Positions 25,481 through 32,128 of a stretch of DNA of 36,586 bases are shown here, piece after piece. Made by a program: the position numbers and the translations under genes. The stretch is taken from contig JAUXIQ010000001.1 of NCBI GenBank assembly GCA_030620925.1, forward strand, positions 1 to 36,586. Direction: 5' to 3'. Below the pieces are notes generated by a model, which ran no database searches, was not told where the DNA came from, and saw only the letters and a list, made by a program, of their open reading frames with translations. Origin of the DNA: Nitrospinota bacterium. GTDB taxonomy: Bacteria > JAUXIQ01. The stretch's first letter is position 1, and each line of letters opens with the position of its first letter.

Positions 25481-26914
25481 CTATCGCTCCTCACCTCCCT
25501 CTACAAGGCCGATGGCCAGGAAATACCGCTTGAGGTATTCTCTATAATCGGGGGGCAGCTCATACCTTTCCATCAGGCTTTCCGCCCGGTAGCGGTACTC
25601 CGCTATAACCTCTTCCGGCTCGGCGGTGGGCGGTGTCCGCGTCGGCATCGCCTTCACCAGCACCTTCAGAACCTCGCGCCCCCCCAACCTTCCCTTCACC
25701 GCTTCCTTCTTTTCAGTATCCCCCTCATGGGAGGCCGAGGCCGCGCCCGCCTCCGTACCGCGTTCCTCGCCGGGCTCACTGCCGGTAATGAGCCCTTGCT
25801 CTCCCCACTCATCCGACACCTCATCAAACAGGGAATCGATGCCCAGAAACTGCCCCGATTCCGCCTGAGCACCCGGCTCCCCTTCCCGGCCCGAAGAAGC
25901 CGTCATCCCCCTCCGGGATTTCGATGCTCTTCGATCGTCCCTTGCTCTCTCCCCCTCAATGGAGGACCGAATCGAGCCGGGGGAAATCTTATTACGTTCA
26001 GCGATCAACTCCTCCAGCAGGTTCCTCAGAGAATCCGAATCACCGCTTTTTAGAGCTTCCCTGAGCTCTTCCATCAGACGGGGATTGAAGGACCAGGAAC
26101 TTCTCTCCATTACTCCCTGCATCAGTTTTAACAACTGTTCATCGTCTAAATCCCGATAGTTTCCAAGCTCGCCTTCTTCCGACCAGAGCAGGGTCGATAA
26201 TTTCGCCGCCTCGAAGCGGGCGCTCCCTTCATCTCCGGCGCCCTCACCAGGTGCGCCCTCGCCCCCCCTGCCCGCACCTGTTGTCTCAGACCTCCTTTCA
26301 CCTCCCACCGCTTCAGCCAGGGACGCACTCTCTCCCCTCCCGTTGTTTTCAAGCTCCTCCTTCTGTTCGCCCGGCTTTATCAACTGCTCTTTCAAGTATC
26401 GGTGCCGGGCCGGCAGGGGGATTCGCTCGATTATACCGGTTGAGACGAGGATTATGGCAATAAAAATAAGGGACAACAGTGTGTGGCGCAGCCTCCACTC
26501 CAGACGGGGCCCGGGCTTGAACGAACCGAGATCGGCCCTCTGCGCGTGGGCGGCTGCGTCTCTGACCTGAAGCCCTTTGAACTCGCTTTCCTGTTCTCCG
26601 GCTAAAAGTTCGTAAGCAGTGCAAAGCCTCTCCTGCAGGGCGAACCGTCTGTCCGCCTCCGCCATGAGCCGAGGCGTTTCCGGCCTAACCCCTCCGGCCC
26701 TGAGAAAACCTACAAGCAGAAATGCCAGGAGAAGCAAGGCCAGGAGCCGGAACTCAAAGGACGGCCACACCCCGAAGTTCGCCAGAACGACGTAAACCGC
26801 GGCGGCAACGGCGCCCCAGTAAAAGGTGTTCAGAACCAGACCGGCCTTGATGCGCACGGCGGCCCTCCTGCTCAAGCGACTTGCGATCCCCTCAATCACC
26901 GCTTCAGGATGCAT
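25481..26914 (-). CDS. Membrane protein with a long E/G/R/S/A-rich low-complexity region (MoxR-operon component, family unknown)
   Basis: 477-aa ORF whose ATG overlaps the upstream gene's stop by 11 nt. It has three hydrophobic helices (residues ~28-48, ~57-72, ~145-162) and then ~200 residues of biased sequence. The C-terminus is YELPPDYREYLKRYFLAIGL. Confidence 0.7.
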   Translation of the reverse strand: MHPEAVIEGIASRLSRRAAVRIKAGLVLNTFYWGAVAAAVYVVLANFGVWPSFEFRLLALLLLAFLLVGFLRAGGVRPETPRLMAEADRRFALQERLCTAYELLAGEQESEFKGLQVRDAAAHAQRADLGSFKPGPRLEWRLRHTLLSLIFIAIILVSTGIIERIPLPARHRYLKEQLIKPGEQKEELENNGRGESASLAEAVGGERRSETTGAGRGGEGAPGEGAGDEGSARFEAAKLSTLLWSEEGELGNYRDLDDEQLLKLMQGVMERSSWSFNPRLMEELREALKSGDSDSLRNLLEELIAERNKISPGSIRSSIEGERARDDRRASKSRRGMTASSGREGEPGAQAESGQFLGIDSLFDEVSDEWGEQGLITGSEPGEERGTEAGAASASHEGDTEKKEAVKGRLGGREVLKVLVKAMPTRTPPTAEPEEVIAEYRYRAESLMERYELPPDYREYLKRYFLAIGLVEGGEER

Positions 26915-27668
26915 GGCCGACGGACCTCCTCATACCCAGCAACAGATCGGCGCTGACGATGGCGCAGATTATCAGGCCGTGCAGCAACACGGTGGTGATA
27001 TAGGTCCCCAGGGGATGATAGAAACTCAATCCATCTATCCTCAGGGCCGACAGCGAGCTTATTCTGTGAAGAGCGAAAAAGGGACTCAAGGGAGGATAAA
27101 GGCCCAGGGTCGCGAAAAGCAGAAACATGAACAGGAACCCCAGCACAAGGGACCGCACTATGTCGTGTCCCTCCAGGACACGCTCCAGTTGCAATGCTAT
27201 GAGACGGTAAGTGGTGAAACAGACCGCAATCAGAAGCAAGATAAGGACGATTTGACTAAATCGGAGCATGGTCAGGATGCGCACAGCGGCCAGAAAGGGG
27301 AAAGTCAAAAGTGCAAGGTATAAGGCGTTTAGCAGACAGTCCAGAAGAATCCACCCGGCCCCTGAGGGCGTTTCAATACCGAACTTCATACCGCCATTAA
27401 CGGCCGCGGCCGCTCTATTTGTCGTCGGTCTGGTAAACCCCAGGTAGGCCGCCCCCAGCAGCGACGCGTAGCCCAGGACGAAGTGCTCGTAATAGTAGGG
27501 CAGCTCGAGGGTAAAGGCGTCGTAGCTCTCCAACCAGGTCATTAACATGGCCAGGCTCAGGAATACCAGATATCCGGCGAAAGGATGACCGGGAGACCTT
27601 TCCATGGAAGGCACCCATCGTTGCATTGTCTCGGACCTTTCGTCCCCCTCTACCTTACTATTTTTCAT
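26904..27668 (-). CDS. Polytopic (about six-helix) integral membrane protein (MoxR-operon component)
   Basis: 254-aa ORF with 11-nt overlaps to both neighbours. It has six hydrophobic segments, for example FAGYLVFLSLAMLMTW and LVLGFLFMFLLFATLGLY. Confidence 0.7.
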   Translation of the reverse strand: MKNSKVEGDERSETMQRWVPSMERSPGHPFAGYLVFLSLAMLMTWLESYDAFTLELPYYYEHFVLGYASLLGAAYLGFTRPTTNRAAAAVNGGMKFGIETPSGAGWILLDCLLNALYLALLTFPFLAAVRILTMLRFSQIVLILLLIAVCFTTYRLIALQLERVLEGHDIVRSLVLGFLFMFLLFATLGLYPPLSPFFALHRISSLSALRIDGLSFYHPLGTYITTVLLHGLIICAIVSADLLLGMRRSVGHAS

Positions 27669-29550
27669 GGGAGAGGTTCCTCCACTCAGCCGGAATTTGA
27701 AACCTGGCTCGCACCATGGTCAGGGATACCCGGCGATGCTTCCTAACCGGGTTGAAACCGGAAGAGGGGGCTCCCTTCAGCCAGGCCAGGAAAACCGCCT
27801 CTCCTTCCCCGCTCTTAACACCGTCTCGCAAATAGCGTTCCAGCAAAATTTTCTTCAAAGGGCCGTGGGGGTCGCTCACCGCTTCCCTCATGCTGAAAGG
27901 TATCGAGCCGGCGCTCAATGCCTCCGGCGAGAGGTCCACCCTGAGCCTTCCGGCGGGGCTCAGGTCTTTCAGTATAAACAGCCGACCGCCCAGCATCAAT
28001 CTCCCGCCGCTGAGCGCGTAAGCTGCGTTGTTATCTATTTCAATATAGGCCCTCTCCCTTCTATCAGAAACCCGGATGCTCACCGGCGGCTCGACCAACT
28101 CCAGCATCCCGAAGGAACGTGCATCCCAGGGCCTTATGGGCGCTTCTATGGTCATCCTTCCAGAGGGGCTGGACTCTATCCGGTAGCTCCTCTCTCCGCT
28201 CCTGTAACTTTCCGGCGCAAAAGCCCTAACCACAGGCCCCGCATGGTTGCCCCGGGCAAGCATGGTCCTGCCCACGGAGGAGAATACGAGAACCTCGGTC
28301 GTCTTTTCCGCAGGCGACCCGTCGGGGTAAACGTCCACGGCGACCAATTGGTAGTTAAGATAGCCCTTGGGCAGATAAGGCCGGTAAAAAGAGAGCTCTG
28401 CCCAGAGCACGAAAGCCGCCGTCAAGCCTGAAACGACGAGCCAGAGAAGCCGCTTCCCCCCAAAATAGCGCCGGGCAAGGGGGTAGGCTATAAGGCATGC
28501 CAGCGCAAAGAGGGCGATCTGCCACTGGAGGGGAAAAGTTACCTTCGCTCGCTTGAGAACATCGGTTCCCCCCGCAAATGCGCCAGCAAAGGACATTTCG
28601 GTGGGCGCGGTTCCGGGGATAAGGTCCGCCCAGAGAGCGTCGAATCCGGACCAGCGGGAAAAAACAGGCAGAGAGGGATCGAACGCAAGGAAAAGCACCT
28701 CTCCCCTGCCCAATCGCCGTCGGACGATAAGCGGGGTTTCCCCTTCACGCAACATCACATCTCCTGAAATATCCTCCAGGGTAACCACGGGTAAGGGAGC
28801 GGGCAGAAAAAGTGTTTCCCCGTATCTGGAGCCAAAGCTCGAAAGCTGGTCCAGAGCTTTCATGCCCTTAACCCTTCCCGGAAGCAGCGCCTCATCCGCC
28901 AGGACCCTGTAGCGGGCCTGACCCGGCCCCCCCGTTATGACAAGCCTCCCGCCCAGAGCCGCCCAATCCTTTATGGCCTTTATCTGCTCCCTGGTCAGCA
29001 GCGACAGCTCGGCATCATGGAGGATTATAGCGCGTACACCGTCGTAACCTTCCGGCGCCGAGGGGAGGTGTTCGGGCCGCGGATGCACCACCCGACCCTG
29101 CGCCCCGAGACGGCTAGAAAGAAAATGGAAGGCTAACGTTCTGCTCAGGGCGATTATGAAATCGCCTGTGATTAAATTATCCCTCAAATCGTAACTGCGT
29201 GAAACCACTTTCCCGCGGCTATCGACCAGGGATACCTCCAGGGGGGACGAGACGTCATCTATCAAAACCACGAAATCGAACGTTTCACGTGAACGGGGAG
29301 GAAGGGTAACCGACCGGGAGTAGAGAACCAAGTGATCATCGCCTCTATACGCGTTTCCAGAAGGTACGGCGACCTCCAGAGTGCCCTCCATAGCCTCTTC
29401 CCTGCTCTCCAGTTGAACATGAAGAGGAGTCCAGGAATGGAGCTTATGGAATCCCTGATGACCCACTTGTAAATCGATGCCGGGCTGCGCCGGTGAATCA
29501 TCGGCTACCATGATCAGCAGGAGAACTAGAAGGATTGCACATCTTTTCAA
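27658..29550 (-). CDS. Large secreted/membrane protein with a GldG/DUF4350/ThuA-like segment (MoxR-operon component)
   Basis: 630-aa ORF with a TTG start preceded by AGGTGA and the signal peptide MKRCAILLVLLLIMVADDSPAQP. It has two adjacent hydrophobic helices near residues 345-395. The segment AIILHDAELSLLTREQIKAIKDWAALGGRLVITGG resembles glutamine-amidotransferase-like folds; this is a recollection, not a search result. Confidence 0.7.
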   Translation of the reverse strand: MKRCAILLVLLLIMVADDSPAQPGIDLQVGHQGFHKLHSWTPLHVQLESREEAMEGTLEVAVPSGNAYRGDDHLVLYSRSVTLPPRSRETFDFVVLIDDVSSPLEVSLVDSRGKVVSRSYDLRDNLITGDFIIALSRTLAFHFLSSRLGAQGRVVHPRPEHLPSAPEGYDGVRAIILHDAELSLLTREQIKAIKDWAALGGRLVITGGPGQARYRVLADEALLPGRVKGMKALDQLSSFGSRYGETLFLPAPLPVVTLEDISGDVMLREGETPLIVRRRLGRGEVLFLAFDPSLPVFSRWSGFDALWADLIPGTAPTEMSFAGAFAGGTDVLKRAKVTFPLQWQIALFALACLIAYPLARRYFGGKRLLWLVVSGLTAAFVLWAELSFYRPYLPKGYLNYQLVAVDVYPDGSPAEKTTEVLVFSSVGRTMLARGNHAGPVVRAFAPESYRSGERSYRIESSPSGRMTIEAPIRPWDARSFGMLELVEPPVSIRVSDRRERAYIEIDNNAAYALSGGRLMLGGRLFILKDLSPAGRLRVDLSPEALSAGSIPFSMREAVSDPHGPLKKILLERYLRDGVKSGEGEAVFLAWLKGAPSSGFNPVRKHRRVSLTMVRARFQIPAEWRNLSHEK

Positions 29551-29680
29551 TGTTCAAATTCACCTAAGCTGTTGTTCTTAAACGGTCTCTCCCCTCCGGC
29601 CCCTACGCGCCTATGTTAACATACTTGAGATTGAAGTAAATCTTGAAATAGAGGAAGGAACATTGGAGGGCGACCTCAAT

Positions 29681-29711
29681 AAAAAAAGCGGCGCCCTTAA
29701 AAGACGCCGCT
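29681..29711 (-). terminator. Rho-independent terminator after the 124-aa gene
   Basis: The minus strand reads AGCGGCG-TCTTTTAAGGG-CGCCGCT followed by TTTTTT, 32 nt after the stop at 29743. Confidence 0.75.
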
Positions 29712-29742
29712 AACTACTTTAGAATTGATTTCCTGGCTAGAA

Positions 29743-30117
29743 CTATTCGCCGGCGGCACCTATACCGAGAATCAGCTCTTCCATCTCGATAGCCGAAAGC
29801 TCTTCAGCCATCTGCCCTCTTACTTTGACCTTCGTACCCGCCGGAAGGGACAGGTTCCTGATCAGTTTCTCCATCTTCTCGCTGCCGCCCAGCATCACCG
29901 CCCGACCGTCTTCAGTAATGATGACGTGGGCGATATGGTCCGCGGGGCACACGCCTGCTTTGATGTGCAGCTTACCGTCAAGGCCTATGCAGTGGATTGT
30001 CCCAGTCAAGGTGGTCAGTTCCGTCTTTATTTCTCTCGCCTCTCCAGAATTGGCCAGGGCCAGCATGAAAACCAGTGCTACGGCCAGGGAAATCGTCAAT
30101 AAAGTTTCTCTTCTCAT
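29743..30117 (-). CDS. Small secreted protein of unknown function
   Basis: 124-aa ORF with GGAGGA SD and the signal peptide MRRETLLTISLAVALVFMLALANSGEA. The mature part contains two Cys (HCIG, GVCPADH). It has its own terminator. Confidence 0.6.
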   Translation of the reverse strand: MRRETLLTISLAVALVFMLALANSGEAREIKTELTTLTGTIHCIGLDGKLHIKAGVCPADHIAHVIITEDGRAVMLGGSEKMEKLIRNLSLPAGTKVKVRGQMAEELSAIEMEELILGIGAAGE

Positions 30118-30397
30118 TTAAACATCCTCCAAATAAGTTTCAGATAGTCGCTTTTTATTAAAAAAAGCCGCATATATTGTCATCAGAAATAACCTTCTCT
30201 CACTCCCCTGTGCATCTGAATGTTTTTATAGTTAATATATCCAGCGCTATACAGAAAAAAAGACTATTTTTATCCAATTAATGTGCTTTGGCCGCTCCGT
30301 AAAAAACGTAATGGACACTACAACCATGATTTTTTTTCGATGCAGCCGAGGTGGGAAATCGGAGGGAGCTTCATTTGTGCCGCGACTTTTAAAAAAC

Positions 30398-30878
30398 CAT
30401 AGCCCGCCATAACCGTCATTCTGAGTCCCGCGTTTTGCGGGACGAATAATCTCGCCTACCCAGGCTGCAAGGCTCTTCTTTCCATAGCCCGCCAAGACCT
30501 CATTCTGGTTGATACTGTGGCCGGAGGAGCTGAATGGGCCTTCTCAATCAATAACGCGAGATTCTTCGCTTCGCTCAGAATGACAGACCATAGCGTCAGT
30601 CCTGCGAAACACGTGGGAAACATCTCGCTTAACCGTGCTTCCAGGTTCTTTTTCCCATAGTCCTCAGGATCAGGAGGATAGTGGCAGGAGCACAGTACCG
30701 CGGCATGCGGTAAGCCCTGCGGTCGGGCCTGTCCCGCGGAGGCGGGGTTCAGAATGACATAATGCGGCGCGGTAAGGACAGGGGGGTTGAAAAAAGGGAA
30801 TAGACGTAGGGGCAAGGCTAGCTTTGCCCAGATTTATCCCGAGAGACATCCCGCGGGGCGGGACATGAATTGTCTCTA
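30398..30878. repeat. Cluster of R2-family GC-rich palindromic units, downstream side of hsp20
   Basis: Units seen are GTCATTCTGAG-TCCCGCGTTTTGCGGGA-CGAATAATCTCGC (30415-30455) and AGCTGAATGGGCC...GCGAGATTCTTCGCTTCGCTCAGAATGACA (30528-30586). Further units are GTCCCGCGGAGGCGGGGTTCAGAATGACATAATGCGGCG (30731-30769), GTAGGGGCAAGGCTAGCTTTGCCC (30806-30829) and GAGACATCCCGCGGGGCGGGACATGAATTGTCTC (30843-30876). Confidence 0.8.
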
Positions 30879-30941
30879 CGAGTGCTTGAGTATCACTTGA
30901 AAAGGCTCTGAAAGGGTCTAGTTGTTCGCTAAAAAGGAAAT

Positions 30942-30968
30942 AAAAAAGGGGGGATGGGCTCCCCCCTT
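30942..30968 (-). terminator. Rho-independent terminator after hsp20
   Basis: The minus strand reads GGGGGG-AGCCCAT-CCCCCC followed by TTTTTTA, 15 nt after the hsp20 stop. Confidence 0.75.
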
Positions 30969-30982
30969 CACTGTTTCAGCAA

Positions 30983-31438
30983 CTACTTGCTTTCGATCTC
31001 GATGGCCTTTAGCTTGGCCTTCTCTACTTTGGGCAGGTTAACCTCCAGGACGCCATCCTTCATGCTGGCCTTGATTTCACCACCGTTCACAGTGGAAGGG
31101 AGGCTGAAGGACCTGTAGAACTTCCCGTAGGAGCGCTCCACCCGGTGAAAGTTTTCCTCGTTAATCTCTTTCTCGTGCTTCCTCTCACCGCTGAGCGTAA
31201 GGGTATGATCCCTGACTTCCAGGTGAATATCTTTCTTCTCCATGCCGGGGAGTTCTGCCTTGAGGACTACCTCATTCTCAGTTTCATAGATGTCCACTAC
31301 AGGGGCCCAGTTCCTGACAACAGTGGAATCTTCTAATAGACTGCCCACGCGCCCGAAGAAGCTGTCGGGGAACATCCTGTTGAGCCTCCCGTGCAAGCCT
31401 GCCATCTCTCTGAAAGGTTCCCATTTAATTAGTGACAT
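30983..31438 (-). CDS. hsp20: Hsp20/alpha-crystallin family small heat-shock protein
   Basis: 151-aa ORF with strong SD AAGGAGGTG. Alpha-crystallin domain strings are WAPVVDIYETENEVVLKAELPGMEKKDI, F.R.F.LP and GVLEVNLPK. Confidence 0.95.
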   Translation of the reverse strand: MSLIKWEPFREMAGLHGRLNRMFPDSFFGRVGSLLEDSTVVRNWAPVVDIYETENEVVLKAELPGMEKKDIHLEVRDHTLTLSGERKHEKEINEENFHRVERSYGKFYRSFSLPSTVNGGEIKASMKDGVLEVNLPKVEKAKLKAIEIESK

Positions 31439-31497
31439 ATCTCTACACCTCCTTAATTTGGATAGATTCTATAGTCTCGATGTCTGATTTCACTAAC

Positions 31498-31526
31498 AAT
31501 ATAATATCTGAGTGCTGTAATGTCAA
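31498..31526 (-). promoter_or_regulatory. Candidate sigma70 promoter for hsp20
   Basis: The minus strand reads TTGACA (31526-31521), 17 nt, then TATATT (31503-31498). The predicted leader is ~50 nt. Confidence 0.5.
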
Positions 31527-31651
31527 GTCATGTATGCAAGAATATTTATATTTTTTATCGTGATTGTGTTATAATCCAGCATCGGCCTTTTAAATAGTTG
31601 AATTATAACATATAATCCAGCTTGCATTCTCATGGATACCGTTGCCAGCGA

Positions 31652-32008
31652 AGCTGAATGGACCTTTTCTCATAATTAGACGAGATTCTTCGCCCCGCGA
31701 AACGCGGGACTCAGAATGACATAATGCGGCGTAGGGGCAGGCCCCTGTGCCTGCCCAAATAATATAAATACCAATGACGGGCAATCCCGCCTACCGCGAT
31801 TCTGCCAGCAATAAATTTCCCCTCCTCTGGACCCCGCCACACGCGGGGCGTTCCGGTTGAGGGGATTAAGGGGAGGGGGATTTTGAAAGCGCAATGGTTG
31901 TAGGTGCGTATTGCATACGCCCCAATAAGGCGAGTTACAAACCCGCCCCTACGTAATCCCGCCTGCGGCGGGTTGATCGTCCAGGGCAGGCACGAGACTT
32001 GCCCCTAC
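31652..32008. repeat. Cluster of R2-family GC-rich palindromic units, upstream side of hsp20
   Basis: AGCTGAATGGACC...CGAGATTCTTCGCCCCGCGAAACGCGGGACTCAGAATGACATAATGCGGCG-TAGGGGCAGGCCCCTGTGCCTGCCC spans 31652-31756. Further hairpins follow: CCCCGCCACACGCGGGG (31832-31848), GGTGCGTATTGCATACGCCCC, CCCGCCTGCGGCGGG and GGGCAGGCACGAGACTTGCCCCTAC (ending at 32008). Confidence 0.8.
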
Positions 32009-32128
32009 AATCGCGTCAGGGAGGCGCCCACAATAATACTTGACTTTGAGGAAACTATAAAGTAGTAGAGTTCAAGGCATAAGATAAAAGCATTTTTCAA
32101 CGGTTGATATTTTCCCCGGGGGGAGGCG

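Noticed and set aside
30247-30815. 82-aa and 119-aa minus-strand ORFs, and likewise 31590-31784 and 31676-31894
   Set aside because: They are read-through translations of the repeat units. For example, VILSEAKNL comes from GTCATTCTGAGCGAAGCGAAGAATCTC, and GQAQGPAPT comes from GGGCAGGCACAGGGGCCTGCCCCTAC. They lack ribosome-binding sites and overlap one another, so this is repeat DNA rather than genes.
31510-31516. CIRCE (HrcA) operator upstream of hsp20, suggested by GAGTGCT
   Set aside because: Only one half-site-like heptamer is present. There is no TTAGCACTC partner 9 nt away on either side. I found no ROSE-like or HAIR-like element either.
30398-32008. Possible CRISPR array because of many short GC-rich palindromes
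   Set aside because: The units differ in sequence and length, occur in both orientations and have irregular spacing. There is no constant repeat alternating with unique spacers, no cas genes are present, and hsp20 sits in the middle.
32040-32061. TTGACT ... TATAAA as the promoter of the molybdoenzyme operon
   Set aside because: Only 10 nt separate the hexamers, too short for sigma70. I found no convincing sigma54 (TGGCAC-N5-TTGC) element, so the promoter is left uncalled.
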